NCBI GenBank assembly: GCA_964016885.1 | Contig: OZ024752.1 | Location: forward strand, 47,244,001-47,308,000 | Source: Eledone cirrhosa | Lineage: Eukaryota | DNA length: 64,000 nt | Direction: 5' to 3' | In this document: in pieces, positions 42,457 to 56,770 of the stretch | Layout of the letters: each line of letters opens with the position of its first letter | Position numbering within the stretch: position 1 is the first letter of the stretch | Program-made: the position numbers and the translations under genes | Notes under the pieces: model-generated | Databases searched by the model: none | Told to the model about the DNA's origin: nothing | Seen by the model: only the letters and a program-made list of their open reading frames with translations

Positions 42457-43335
42457 CACACAAAATCTACCACACACATCTATATATATACATATATATA
42501 CATACATATACATACACTCAAACCCTACCACACACATATATATATACATATACATACACACAAACTCTACCACACACATATATATATATACATATATATA
42601 CATACATATACATACACTCAAACCCTACCACACACATATATATATACATACATATACATACATATACATACACTCAAACCCTACCACACACACATATATA
42701 TATATATATACATACATATACATACATATACATACACTCAAACCCTACCACACACACATATATATATATATATACATACATATACATACATATACATACA
42801 CTCAAACCCTACCACACACACATATATATATATATATACATACATATACATACATATACATACACTCAAACCCTACCACACACACATATATATATATATA
42901 CATACATATACATACATATACATACACTCAAACCCTACCACACACACATATATATATATATACATACATATACATACATATACATACACTCAAACCCTAC
43001 CACACACACACATATATATATACATACATATACATACATATACATACACTCAAACCCTACCACACACACATATATATATATATACATACATATACATACA
43101 CTCAAGCCCTACCACACACATATATATATACATACATATACATACACTCAAGCCCTCCCACACACATCTATACATATACATACATATACATACACTTAAG
43201 CCCTACCACACACATCTATACATATACATACATATACATACATATACATACACTCAAGCCCTACCACACACACATCTATACATATACATACATATACATA
43301 CATATACATACACTCAAACCCTACCACCCATACAC
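40625..43335 (+). repeat. Compound minisatellite: CACTCAAACCCTACCAC core plus variable (CA)/(TA)/(TACA) runs
   Basis: Constant core roughly every 45-65 bp. Confidence 0.9.
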
Positions 43336-44082
43336 ACTCAAACCATACCAAATATACATACATACGTAGGCACTACATATACTTACACCCTCAAATATAC
43401 ACACATATCCATAGGCTCACATCCTAGCCCCAAATATAAATTTACACATACCCAGACACACATACAAACATGCATACATGCAATAAAATATTCCCTCATA
43501 CAGAGACATATATATTCAATCACACCCTTTCACAAGTGTATATATATATATATATATATAACGAAGGAAATGTGGTAAGGAACCAGGTGGACCATAACGC
43601 ACCAAAGTACTCAATACTTGAGGTAGTAGAGTGGGTAATAGGAACCAGTAAGACCCCGACAGCTGAGCTCAAGCCGTTTCGACGGCTAATTCTGGACCAG
43701 AATTAGCCGTCGAAACGGCTTGAGCTCAGCTGTCGGGGTCTTACTGGTTCCTATATATATATATATATATATGTGTAGATAAATCTACCAAAAGTTTACG
43801 GTAGTGTCCAATCCGTATGAAGAACTCAATGTAATCCGGATATCATGGAAAGAAGAGATGCATTCAAAAATCACTTTCGGTGAAAGATAAACGGAATACA
43901 GAGTCAAGATAAAATATTAAAAAAATAATGAATAAAACAAAGAAACAGTTCCTTATATTAAACAAAAAAAGTTCATTATTTAACGATCGTTTCTAGGACA
44001 TATATGTGTTAGAATTGGCATGCATATTCAAAAGATCTATGTACAAAATTATACAAACTATCAAGGAGAATATACATACCAT

Positions 44083-44139
<57 letters not shown>

Positions 44140-44335
44140 CGAAGGAAATGTGGTAAGGAACCAGATGGACCATAACGCACCAAAGTACTCAATACTTAGG
44201 GTAGTAGAGTGGGGAATAGGAATGAGTAGGACCCCGATGGCTGAGCTCAAGCCGTTTCGATGGCTAATTCTGGACATTTAGTCCAGAATTAGCCGTCGAA
44301 ACAGCTTGAGCTCAGCCGTCGGGGTCCTACTCGTT

Positions 44336-44366
<31 letters not shown>

Positions 44367-44369
<3 letters not shown>

Positions 44370-44800
44370 ATACTCTGAGCGCCTTGCTTCCCTGGGCATG
44401 GATTCATTGAAGCTCCGACGCCTGGCAACTGACTTGGTAAACACCCACAAAATTGTTAACCATGTTGCCAACAACAACCCTGAACACCTTTTCGATTTCC
44501 ATGTATCTAACACACGTGGACATGCCCACAAAGTAAGAAAACAGCACAATTCCCATGACTTTCGGAAACATTTTTTCACGCTCAGAGTTGCTGAAGCATG
44601 GAACAAACTACCTGCATCAGTTGTTAGCTGTCGAGACACTGCATCCTTTAAGGCCTCCATGCTTCCCGAGATCCGCCAACAGAACAGCTAACACATACAC
44701 ACATGTACTTCCCTGACATTTGTGTATTATTCTATGTACTATATTGACGAGTTGTAGTGCACCTGAGCACTTTACACAATAATTTCATTATTATTATTAT
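44367..44800 (+). mobile_element. CR1/L2-group LINE 3' end (same family, single unit)
   Basis: Near-identical to 15068-15360 plus 3'UTR and (ATT)n tail. Confidence 0.85.
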
Positions 44801-45324
44801 ATATATATATATATATATCCAAAATTAAGATAAATCAAATGAATTTAATCTAAATCAAAATTATGGGTGTCATGCCAGAAAGATATGCGCCATATCACCT
44901 GCAAAATAAGCTCTAAGATTCTAACGAGTAGGTCCGAGCATTTTATAATAACTAGAAATTGATTAACATATAAATAAACATGAATAATCACAGGAGATAA
45001 TTTTTACAAGTGTGTAACGACACATAGCTAGGTAGGTAACTAAATAAAGTTGACTAGAACTTCAAAAATAGATACCTTATAATATGGTTAATCTTCCCTG
45101 TATATATTCCATTGAAGAAATATATTTCACCAATTAATCGAATGGTAAACCACGGAAGTGGAGACTTGGATTTTCAACAAGGAAGAAGTTCCAGCGATCC
45201 TTGAACTATATATATATATATATATATATAGAAAGATTTGAATGGATACAGTTTAGTTGAAAGGAATTTATTGACACGTGTTTCTATAACAGTTACATAA
45301 CCTAAAACAGCTATCTACAAACTT

Positions 45325-45390
45325 TTAGTTATTCTGATGAAATGACAGTAAATAATAACATTGAAATATTGAATGTCTGCATAACTAAAA
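45325..45390 (+). ncRNA. Hammerhead core in the loop of a ~104-bp inverted repeat
   Basis: CTGATGA-AATG..CATT-GAAA-TATTGAATG-TC; stem I junction has extra bases. Confidence 0.5.
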
Positions 45391-45619
45391 GTTTGTAGAT
45401 AGCTGTTTTAGGTTATGTAACTGTTATAGAAACACGTGTCAATAAATTCCTTTCAACTAAACTGTATCCATTCAAATCTTTCTATTTTTCTCCGGATTAC
45501 ATTTGGAACTACAACTGGAACCGTCGAGCAAACTCTACGTGAGCTGATAATCTACTGTGTGTAATATTTATATTCCAACACAACGGAAAATACTGTATAT
45601 ATATATATATATATATATG

Positions 45620-45661
<42 letters not shown>

Positions 45662-45850
45662 GATCATCTATATATATTTGATCATGCCTTTATTTTTAAA
45701 TTTTCTCATTCCTTGTATTTTGATCATGCTTTATTTTTATTTATTATATTTTTTGTCTTTATTTGTTAATTTTTCATTCGCACCATTTCCTTTCGCTATA
45801 TGTCTCTCCACCACTCCCCTACACACCTTTTGAACTCTGTTCCCACACAC

Positions 45851-45905
45851 TTCTCACCTGAAGAAGGGCTTATGCCCGAAACGTCGTCCCCCACCTACGT
45901 GAATT
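45851..45905 (+). ncRNA. Hammerhead-like motif (Penelope type)
   Basis: CTGAAGA-A-GGGC TTAT GCCC-GAAA-CGTCG-TC; stem I (TCAC/GTGA) is displaced by an insert. Confidence 0.55.
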
Positions 45906-45956
45906 TAATAAACATTTATTGTACTGCCTCTCTGTTCTGTCCCTGTTCAATTTTTC

Positions 45957-45995
<39 letters not shown>

Positions 45996-46209
45996 CAAAT
46001 AGTAGAAAGAAAAAACTGGGTATGGGTACACCATATTCCTACATGTCATAAGGGGTGACAAAAAAGAAATTGGAACCAGGAAGGGTATTTGGCCATAAAA
46101 CATTGCCTTGGAGAAGACTCTATCAAGGGTATGAATCTTGTTAAAGGGCCTGCGGAGCTAATCCCTGCTTTAGACAGGGGAATGAATGACCTTAGAATGC
46201 TTGTTACAG

Positions 46210-46332
46210 ATGATGTTGATGTTGATGATGATGGTGATGTTGATGACAATGATGACGATGGTGACGATGATGGTGATGATGGTGATGATAATGGTGATGA
46301 TGGTGAGGGTGATGAAGGTGATGTTGATGATG

Positions 46333-46364
<32 letters not shown>

Positions 46365-47365
46365 GATGGTGATGGTGTTGATGATGATGACAATGATAAT
46401 GATGGTGATGATGGTGATGGTGTTGATGATGATGACAATGATAATGATGGTGATGATGGTGGTGATGATGACGATGATGGTGATGGTGGTGATGATGATG
46501 ATGGTGATGGTGATGATGATGACGATGATAATGATGATGGCGGCGATGGTGATGGTGGTGATGATGGTGATGATAATGGTGATGATGATGAGGGTGATGG
46601 TGATGACGATGACGATGATGATGGTGATGATGATGGTGAGGGTGATGATGATGGTGATGATGGTGATGGTGATGATGGTGATGGTGATGATGGTGATGGT
46701 GATGATGGTGGTGATGGTGATGATGGTGATGATGATGATGACGATGATGATGGTGATGATGATGGTGAGGGTGATGATGATGGTGATGATGGTGATGGTG
46801 ATGATGACGATGGTGATGATGGTGATGGTGGTGGTGGTGATGGTGATGATGGTGATGGTGGTGATGATGACGATGGTGATGGTGATGATGGTGATGGTGA
46901 TGATGGTGATGGTGATGATGGTGGTGATGGTGATGATGATGGTGATGATGGTGGTGATGATGACGATGGTGATGATGATGATGGTGACGATGGTGGTGAG
47001 GGTGATGATGACGATGGTGATGATGGTGATGGTGGTGGTGGTGATGGTGATGATGGTGGTGATGATGGTGGTGATGGTGGTGGTGGTGATGATGGTGGTG
47101 ATGGTGGGGGTGGTGATGGTGATGGTGATGGTGAGGGTGATGATGATGGTGGTGATGGTGATGATGGTGATGATGATGATGATGACGATGATGATGGTGA
47201 TGATGGTGATGGTGATGATGGTGATGGTGATGATGGTGGTGATGGTGATGATGATGGTGAGGGTGATGATGATGATGATGATGGTGATGGTGATGATGGT
47301 GATGGTGATGATGATGATGCTGATGATGACAATGACAGTGACGATGACAATGATGATGCTGATGA
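46210..47365 (+). repeat. (GAT/GGT)n trinucleotide tract
   Basis: Low-complexity sequence, open in several frames on both strands. Confidence 0.95.
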
Positions 47366-47559
47366 CATCACCTGTGTCCCCCCCTCCACCTCCCACTCAC
47401 CCTATTCACGTCTATTAAGTCTGAGAACATGTTTACCTTTCCCCACCCCGTTGGGCCCACCTTGTTTATCTGTCGTTCCCCTCCAAAGGAGTGAACCCAA
47501 CCCAACACAGCCGCCCTCCCTCTAATTCTCTCCTTACACTTCACTCTCTTTGCTTCACT

Positions 47560-47963
47560 TTCATTAGCTTCCTCTCCCCTCTCTCTCTTCCTCTCCTCTC
47601 CCCTCGCTCTTTCTCTCTCTCTCTATACATATATCATCTCTCTCCTCCTCCCCCTCTCGCTCTCTCTATATATATATTTATATATATCAACTCTCTCTCT
47701 CCCCCCTCTCTCTCTCTATATATATATATATATCATCTTTCTCTTTCTCTCTCTCTCTCTCTCTATACATATATCATCTCTCTCCTCCCCCTCTCTCTCT
47801 CTCTATATATATATATATTTATATATATCAACTCTCTCTCTCCCTCTCTATATAATATATATATATCTATCATCTTTCTCTTTCTCTCTCTCTCTCTCTC
47901 TATACATATATCATCTCTCTCCTCCCCCCTCTCTCTCTCTCTATATATATTTATATATATCAA

Positions 47964-48007
<44 letters not shown>

Positions 48008-48070
48008 CATCTTTCTCTTTCTCCCCCCCCCCTCTCTCTCTCTCTATATATATATATTTATATATATCAA

Positions 48071-48106
<36 letters not shown>

Positions 48107-48197
48107 CTATCATCTTTCTCTTTCTCTCTCTCTCTATACATATATCATCTCCCCCCCTCTCTCTCTCTATATATATATATATATTTATATATATCAA

Positions 48198-48233
<36 letters not shown>

Positions 48234-48829
48234 CTATCATCTTTCTCTTTCTCTCTCTCTCTCTCTCTATACATATATCATCTCTCTCCTCCCCCCTCTC
48301 TCTCTCTATATATATATTTATATATATCAATTCTCTCTCTCTCACTCTCTCTCTCTCTCTATATATATATCATCTTTCTCTTTCTCTCTCTCTCTCTCTC
48401 TATACATATATCATCTCTCTCCTCCCCCCCTCTCTCTCTCTATATATATATATTTATATATATCAATTCTCTCTCTCTCACTCTCTCTCTCTCTATATAT
48501 ATCATCTTTCTCTTTCTCTCTCTCTCTCTCTCTATACATATATCATCTCTCTCCTCCCCCTCTCTCTCTCTCTATATATATATTTATATATATCAATTCT
48601 CTCTCTCTCACTCTCTCTCTCTCTATATATATATATCATCTTTCTCTTTCTCTCGCTCTCTCTCTCTATACATATATCATCTCTCTCCTCCCCCCCTCTC
48701 TCTCTCTCTATATATATATATTTATATATATCAACTCTCTCTCTCCCTCTCTATATAATATATATATATATCTATCATCTTTCTCTTTCTCTCGCTCTCT
48801 CTCTCTCTCTATACATCTCTCTCCTCCCC

Positions 48830-48860
<31 letters not shown>

Positions 48861-48950
48861 TATATATATCATCCCCCCCTCTCTCTCTCTATATATATAT
48901 ATCATGTTCTCCCACTCTCTGTCTATCTCTCTCTCTCTCTCTATCTATCT
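47560..48950 (+). repeat. Compound (CT)n/(TA)n minisatellite
   Basis: Repeating ATCATCT(CT)n / ATCAACT(CT)n blocks. Confidence 0.9.
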
Positions 48951-49256
48951 CTCATGTTCTCCACTCTCTGCTCAGGCTTTCCTTTGCTGCCTCTTTCTGA
49001 TGTCACACACACACATACATGCACACACACATATACACATACCCACACACACAGACCCCCCCCCCCCCCACACACACATACCCCCCCCCACACACACACA
49101 AGAGAGAGAAAGAGGAAAGCATGCATGACTGATTGCATCTGATACAAAGATATGATCTGATATATTCCATTATACATACGAACATTCTATCAAGGGTCAA
49201 ATCCCAAATTGGACAGCTACAATGCCAGAATAGAGCATATAACAATGAGCTATATA

Positions 49257-49327
<71 letters not shown>

Positions 49328-49394
49328 GCATATATATATATGTATGTATATATATATTCATATATATGTATATATATATATTTATATGTATATA

Positions 49395-49460
<66 letters not shown>

Positions 49461-49511
49461 TATATGTGTATATATATATTCATATATATATATGTATATA
49501 TTTATATGTAC

Positions 49512-49543
<32 letters not shown>

Positions 49544-49568
49544 GTATATATACATATATGTATATATA

Positions 49569-49600
<32 letters not shown>

Positions 49601-49629
49601 CATACATACATTTATATACACATATATAT

Positions 49630-49660
<31 letters not shown>

Positions 49661-49733
49661 CATTTATATACATATATATATATATGCATACATTTATATA
49701 CATATATATACCTACATTTATATAGATATATAC

Positions 49734-49766
<33 letters not shown>

Positions 49767-49819
49767 CACACATAAATTTATATATATATATTTATATACA
49801 TACATTTATATGCACACAG

Positions 49820-49894
<75 letters not shown>

Positions 49895-51005
49895 TATATA
49901 TACATATACATATATATAATGTAACCTTTACAATTCGATAGATGTAAACATATTTAATCTCACTATCAAGAATTTTCCAGGCCTTAAGCTTAAATACAAA
50001 GAGACCATATGAAATTATTCATTGTATGTAGTACAATTGTAATTTACACACTTTAGATACAACACACAAATAAGTTGTCACCACGAGTTCTTTATTCAAG
50101 CCTAACATTTGCAGTGTTCTGCATGGCCAGCATTGAAAATGAGGTTATTTCTGTACAATTATATTACCTATACCAGTAATTGTTAACCAGGCAGAGGTGG
50201 AAGGGATGTGTTAATTTCAGGATTCCAATAAGGAAAGTCTTCTTAGGTTGAAAAATTCCTTATCATATTTCACACTGTTTTCTACAAGATTTATTGCCCT
50301 TAATCTCACCGATTAAGATTTCCCTTAATCTCGTCAATTATGAAAATTGTAGAAATTTGTAAAAAAAACAAACAAATTTCTACAAATAAAGTTGTCTAAA
50401 AATTTGCTGAACACTAGAAGCACGGTCACTCAATTTCAAATACGATGTTAGCTAACATCGATTGAGCTAACGTCGTATTTGAAATTGAGTGGCACTGCTT
50501 CTAGTGTTAAGCAATTTTTAGACAACTTAATCAGAGAAACAATTGTTAGGCTGTAAATAAATCCCCCTTTTTTGTACTGTTGACCATGTTATTCTTCACT
50601 TTTTTCAATTTTATTACTCCAAGATAAACTTACATAGGAATATAGGTGAAATCATAAACTCGTCATCTACGTAAACCCCTTGTTGAGTCAAACAAAGCTG
50701 TACGCTAAAACTATCCATAATAAGAAGTATTCACAACCTCTAACTGGATTACCTATAACGATATTTTGTTATCCCTTGTATATATATATATATATATATA
50801 ATAATAATAATAGTAATAATAATAAATGTGAAGACTAAAATCCAAAGAGGGCTCGATAAGGATAAATATATATCAAATATATAAGAACCGTAGAGCAAAT
50901 ATTTATTAAAATAACAGATTAAAGTTTAATCAAAGAATCGTTTCAGAAGATCCCGTTAAGGGTGAAAGCAGTGATTCTTTGCTTAAACTTTAATCTGTTA
51001 TTTTA

Positions 51006-51089
<84 letters not shown>

Positions 51090-51090
<1 letters not shown>

Positions 51091-51760
51091 AGTGCTGACC
51101 TGGAATCGTTGAGATTCACAGATGAGATGAGGAAGAAACATGGTGAGTGGAGAGATGCTGTGCTGAGAAGGACCTGTCCAACCCATGCTAGCAAGTGGAG
51201 AGATGCTGTGCTGAGAAGGACCTGTCCAACCCATGCAAGCAAGTGGAGAGATGCTGTGCTGAGAAGGACCTGTCCAACCCATGCAATCAAATGGAGAGAT
51301 GCTGTGCTGAGAAGGACCTGTCCAACCCATGCTAGCAAGTGGAGAGATGCTGTGCTGAGAAGGACCTGTTCAACCCATGCAAGCAAGTGGAGAGATGCTG
51401 TGCTGAGAAGGAGCTGTCCAACCCATGCAAGCAAGTGGAGAGAAGCTGTGCTGAGAAGGACCTGTCCAACCCATGCAATCAAATGGAGAGATGCTGTGCT
51501 GAGAAGGACCTGTCCAACCCATGCAAGCAAGTGGAGAGATGCTGTGCTGAGAAGGACCTGTCCAACCCATGCAATCAAATGGAGAGATGCTGTGCTGAGA
51601 AGGACCTGTCCAACCCATGCTAGCAAGTGGAGAGATGCTGTGCTGAGAAGGACCTGTTCAACCCATGCAAGCAAGTGGAGAGATGCTGTGCTGAGAAGGA
51701 CCTGTCCAACCCATGCAAGCATAGAAAAACAGACCTAAAATCGATGATGATGGTGATGAT
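51090..51760 (+). repeat. 56-bp tandem array (~10 copies) derived from an RTE LINE 3' end
   Basis: Unit AGTGGAGAGATGCTGTGCTGAGAAGGACCTGTCCAACCCATGCAAGCA.. matches the single-copy RTE tails at 20.9 and 53.9 kb. Confidence 0.85.
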
Positions 51761-51898
51761 CATGATATCCAGTCCTAATTTTCTATAATCATTACAGAAG
51801 TAGAAACTTCATCCAGTAAGAGATTCAGATAAGTTTCAAAAACCAGTTTTGAAATCTCAAACTTCTGCTAACATTTGAGGAGATATATAACATGATAG

Positions 51899-52135
51899 TT
51901 AACCCCTTACCATTTAAACCGGCCGTATCCGGCCAGAATTCTCTCACCTCTTTCTGTTCAAACCGGCCGTAAGCAACCCTCATACTGATGTTAAGGTATT
52001 GTTCTCAAAATAAATAACATCAAAATCTCATAGATTCAATATTATGTGAAATAATATGAGATATTATGTGAGATAAAGCCTTTACTGTGAAAATATAATA
52101 GTAAATATAGAGTAATATGAATGCTAAAGGGTTAA
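51899..52135 (+). mobile_element. piggyBac-type MITE with TTAA target-site duplication; other copies at 1431-2070, 2067-2265, 3205-3622, 21691-23911, 60400-60610, 62715-62782
   Basis: TTAA-CCC..CATTT ... AATGCTAAAGGG-TTAA terminal inverted repeats; no ORF. Confidence 0.8.
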
Positions 52136-52849
52136 GATAGGAATATAATTTTAGCCAACCAGAGGCATAAAGTAAATCTTTCATTTTTTTTCCTTCTAAA
52201 TTCTCGTTTAAAACAAAGCTTCTGTGATTTTTAAACTTCAATGTATTTCTTCATAAATCAAAATTTGAAAAGCAAATCGTGATGCCATTTGAATGGTGGA
52301 TTCTTGGCTTGCCATGAGGCGAGACCGAAAAACGACTGGTGGTGGTGGTGGTGGTGGTGGTGGTTGTGGTAGGTGTCTAACGAAAAGGCGGAGGAGACTA
52401 CTCAAATAAATAAATAAATAACCAAATTAATTAAATAAATAAAGACAGAAAAAAAGGAAGAAAAATCGAAACACTGTTGTTTCATTTCTGAAAATAAGTG
52501 ATTCTTGAGGTAAACTCTGTAGTTGAAGCAAGAACAACTGATTGTTGTTGTTATTGTTGTTGCAGTTGTTGTTTTAGCCTCAAGTCTACCCTAATCAAGT
52601 AGACATATAATCAAAGGAACATCAACCATGAGCATCCCGTCATTTTCCAGGTATAATGTCTCTACCACTATGTTTATAATCCCATGTTGTTTTAACTCTT
52701 TTTCTTGAATCTTGTTACAAGATATGTATTTTCTCAGTTTGACACAAATGACTATAGAGCCTAGATATAAAGCTTCCATAACAATATGGCTATGTGATAG
52801 ATAAATAGTTGGATACACATATAAATAGAGACAGACAGACAGATAGACG

Positions 52850-52889
<40 letters not shown>

Positions 52890-53031
52890 TAATTATATAT
52901 ATATTTGTACTTGTTTAGTCGTTTCCTTGATACACATACACACACATATATAAGTTTATCCCAGGTTCAATCGGGGTAACCACTGTAAGAAAGGTACTCA
53001 ACACGTAGCAGAGTATAAATATTTAATATAG

Positions 53032-53372
53032 ATGGCTTAGTGGTTAGAGCATTGGCCTTGCAATCGAAAGGTTGTGAGTTCAATTCTCAGACCAGGTGAA
53101 TGTGTTGTTTCCTTGAGCAAGGCACTTTATTTCACATTGCTCCAGTTTACTCAGCTGTAGAAATGAGATGATAGGGACTGGGGTCCCTATCATTCCACTG
53201 CAAAGTGGTCGTGGAGGTGCCACGGCAAAAAAGCACCCAGCACTCACTGTAAATGAGGTTGGTGTTAGGAAGGGCATCCAGCTGTAGAAATCAAGCCAGA
53301 ATCAGTTCTCGTCCCACCCTTGCAAGCAGGGAAAAAGCGGACGTAAAATGAAATGATGATGATGATGATGAT
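53032..53372 (+). mobile_element. tRNA-derived SINE (MetaSINE-like middle, RTE-type tail); further copies at 53957-54295 (+), 4375-4712 (-), 24893-25060 (-), 29315-29705 (-); partial copies at 1-455, 6378-6485, 39855-40128
   Basis: A box TGGCTTAGTGG, B box GTTCAATTC, CCTTGAGCAAGACACTTTATTTCAC core; 3' end shared with the RTE tail, then (GAT)n. Confidence 0.8.
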
Positions 53373-53383
53373 GAAATCATCAG

Positions 53384-53435
53384 GACTTCCTGATGATTTC
53401 TCCCGAATGAAACAGTTTTAGTCGTGTAGAAGCCA
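53384..53435 (+). ncRNA. Degenerate hammerhead-like motif
   Basis: CTGATGA-T TTC TCCC GAA T-GAAA-C..G-TC, preceded by a short fold-back GAAATCATCAGGA/TCCTGATGATTTC. Confidence 0.4.
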
Positions 53436-53688
53436 TTTCTATATTATATATATATATTTATTTATTAAAATAACAGATTAAAGTAAAGAATCGCTGCTTT
53501 CACTCTTAACGGGATCTTCTGAAATTGTTTCAGAAGATCTCGTTAAGGGTGAAAGCAGCGATTCTTTGCTTAAACTTTAATCTGTTATTTTAATAAATAT
53601 TTGCTCTACGGTTTATATATATATTTGATATATATATTATCCTTATCGAGCCCTCTTCGGATTTTAGTCTTCAAATTTATTATAATTA

Positions 53689-53760
<72 letters not shown>

Positions 53761-54849
53761 GACGTGGTAGAGGTAGACCACGAAAAACATGGGCGGAGGT
53801 GGTGAGAACAGACCTCAGATCATTGAAGCTCTCGGTGGAGATGATGAAGGACCGTGACGAGTGGAGAGATGCTGTGCTGAATAAGACTTGTCCCACCCTT
53901 GCAAGCAGGGAAAGCGGACGTAAAATGATGATGATGATGATGATATATATATATGGAGGCACATGGCTTAGTGGTTAGAGCATTGGCCTTGCAATCGAAA
54001 GGTTGTGTGTTCAATTCTCAGACCAGGTGATGTGTTGTTTCCTTGAGCAAGACACTTTATTTCACATTGCTCCAGTTTACTCAGATGTAGAAATGAGATG
54101 ATAAGGACTGGGGTCCCTATCGTTCCACTGCAAAGTGGTCCTGGAGGTGCCACGGCAAAAAAGCACCCAGCACTCACTGTAAATGAGGTTGGTGTTAGGA
54201 AGGGTATCCAGCTGTAGAAATCAAGCCAGAATCAGTTCCCGTCCCACCCTTGCAAGCAGGGAAAAGCGGACGTAAAATGAAATGATGATGATGATATATA
54301 AGCAAAAGGGATATTTAATTTGTTGGTAATTCAACAAATATATGTTTATAACTGATTCGAAGCATTCGACTATCCAGGAAAAACTTGAACTGTTAAGATC
54401 TCCTTCCTGGATATGTCAATATTTATAAAACAAACTTTGTATTTTATCTGATGAGTGCGTACCAAAGTTTTGGAGAGAGAGACAGAGAGAGAGAGAGGGA
54501 GAGAGAGAGAGATAGTTAGTTAGATAGATAATTTCAAACTAGAGTTTTTGTTCACTAACCACTTCTGCTCTTCTGCACCCACCACTATCACTCTACACCA
54601 CCACAACAAACACTATCCACAACACTGCTGCCACCATCACCACAACCATATCACCACAACCATATCACCACAGCCATCATCACCACTAATAATGACAGCA
54701 ACAACAACAACAACAACAACAACCATTACAAGATGACAACAATTAAAATGTAGTATATTATTTTAAAATATTCTTTATAATTTGAAAGAGAATGCTGGCA
54801 CCAACAGACCTCTCCATTAAACAACTGCACATATGGACTTACAGTGATT

Positions 54850-55965
54850 GGTGACTGTCATAGGTGGGGGTGGTGGGGGTAGGGGGGTGACTGCCATAGG
54901 TGGGGGGTGGGGTGGGGGTGGCTGTCATAGGTGGTGGTGGTGTGGTGGTGGTAGGGTGACTGTCATAGGTGGTGTGGTGGTGGTAGGGGGGGGGACTGCT
55001 ATAGGTGGTGGGTGGTGGGGGTGGAGGTGGGGGTGACTGTCATAGGTGGTGGTGGTGGTGGGGGTGAGGAGGGGGGGGGGTACTGTCATAGGTGGTGTGG
55101 TGGTGGTAGGGTGACTGTCATAGGTGGGGGTGGTGGGGGTGGTGGTGACGGTCATAGGTGGGGTGGGGGTGACTGTCATAGGTGGTTGTAGTGGTGGTGG
55201 GGAGGGTGACTGCCATAGGTGGTGGTGGTGGAGGTGGTGGTGATGGAGGTTGTAGAGATGGTAGTGGTGATGGTGCTGTTTGTGAGGATGATGGCGGTGG
55301 TGTAGAGGTGATAGTGGTGGTGGTGGTGGTGTAGAGGTGGTAGTGGTGATAGTGGTGGTGGTGGTGGTTGTAGAGATGGTGGTGGTGGTGTAGAGGTGGT
55401 AGTGGTGATAGTGGTGGTGGTGGTGGTTGTAGAGATGGTGGTGGTGGTGTAGAGGTGGTAGTGGTGATAGTGGTGGTGGTGGTGGTTGTAGAGATGGTGG
55501 TGGTGGTGATGTAGAGGTGGTAGTGGTGATAGTGGTGGTGGTGGTGGTTGTAGAGATGGTGGTGGTGGTGGTTGTAGAGATGATGGCGGTGGTGTAGAGG
55601 TGATAGTGGTGGTGGTGGTGATGTAGAGGTGGTAGTGATGATAGTGGTGGTGGTGGTGATGTAGAGGTGGTAGTGATGATAGTGGTGGTGGTGGTTGTAG
55701 AGATGGTGGTGGTGGTGGTGGTTGTAGAGATGGTGGTGGTGGTGGTGGTGTAGAGGTGGTAGTGGTGGTGTTGGTTGTAGAGATGGTGGTGGTGGTGGTG
55801 TAGAGGTGGTAGTGGTGGTGGTGTAGAGGTGGTAGTGGTGATAGTGGTGGTGGTAGTTGTAGAGATGGTGGTGGTGGTGGTGTAGAGGTGGTGGTGATAG
55901 AGGTGGTGGTGGTGGTGGTGGTTGTAGAGATGGTGGTGGTGGTGTAGAGGTGGTGGTGGTGATGA
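54850..55965 (+). repeat. G-rich (GGT)n-based minisatellites
   Basis: GTGACTGTCATAGGTGG and GTAGAG(A/G)TGGT units. Confidence 0.9.
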
Positions 55966-56179
55966 TTTAGGCCCGAGACCAGAAAATTTGGGAGAAAGGC
56001 AAAGTTGATTAAATCAACCCAAGTGTATGACTGGGATCTTATCTGAGAAGGGTCAAAGGTAAACCTGACATTGGTGGGATTTGAACTCAGAATGGAATGA
56101 ACAGGAACAACTACTGCAATGGCATTTCATCTGACACTCTACCGCTTCTGCCATTTCTAACACCACTACTTTCTTTTTT

Positions 56180-56447
56180 TACTACTAGTACTACTACTAC
56201 TACTACTACTACTACTAGCACTACTACTACTACTACTACTACTACTAGCGCTACTATTTCTACCACCACCATCACCACTACTACTACTACTAGCGCTACT
56301 ATTTCTACCACCACCACTACTACTACCACTACTACTAGCACCGCCACCACGACCACTACCACTACTACTACTACTACTACTAATAGCACTGCCACCACCA
56401 CCACCAATACCACTACTACTACTACTACTACTAATAATAGCACTGCC

Positions 56448-56478
<31 letters not shown>

Positions 56479-56534
56479 ATAGCACTGCCACCACCACCAC
56501 CAATACCACTACTACTACTACTACTACCATCACT

Positions 56535-56568
<34 letters not shown>

Positions 56569-56735
56569 ATAGCACCGCTACCACCATCACCAATACGCTC
56601 ACCACTACTACCACTACTACTACCACCACCACCATCACCACCACCACTACTACCACTACTACTACCACCACTACCACCAGATTTGATATTTGTTAGATGA
56701 CGACAACAGCGATAACAACATGCACAACAACAACA

Positions 56736-56768
<33 letters not shown>

Positions 56769-56770
56769 CA
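56180..56770 (+). repeat. (ACT/ACC/AAC)n trinucleotide tract
   Basis: Low complexity. Confidence 0.9.

Noticed and set aside
40625-43335. CRISPR-like appearance (constant core with variable spacers), a 966-aa ORF, and an AAACCCT plant-telomere-like motif
   Set aside because: The spacers are only slipped CA/TA microsatellites, the context is eukaryotic with no cas genes, and the heptamer is not tandem
46046-47525. Asp/Gly-rich or Ser/Pro-rich 400+ aa ORFs (biomineral- or extensin-like)
   Set aside because: Trinucleotide tract open in multiple frames on both strands; no splice or domain support
53032-53100. tRNA gene candidates at SINE heads
   Set aside because: A and B boxes are present but they continue into repeated SINE bodies and lack a complete acceptor stem
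56097-56768. Mucin-like Thr-rich ORF
   Set aside because: Simple (ACT/ACC)n repeat with no unique coding context
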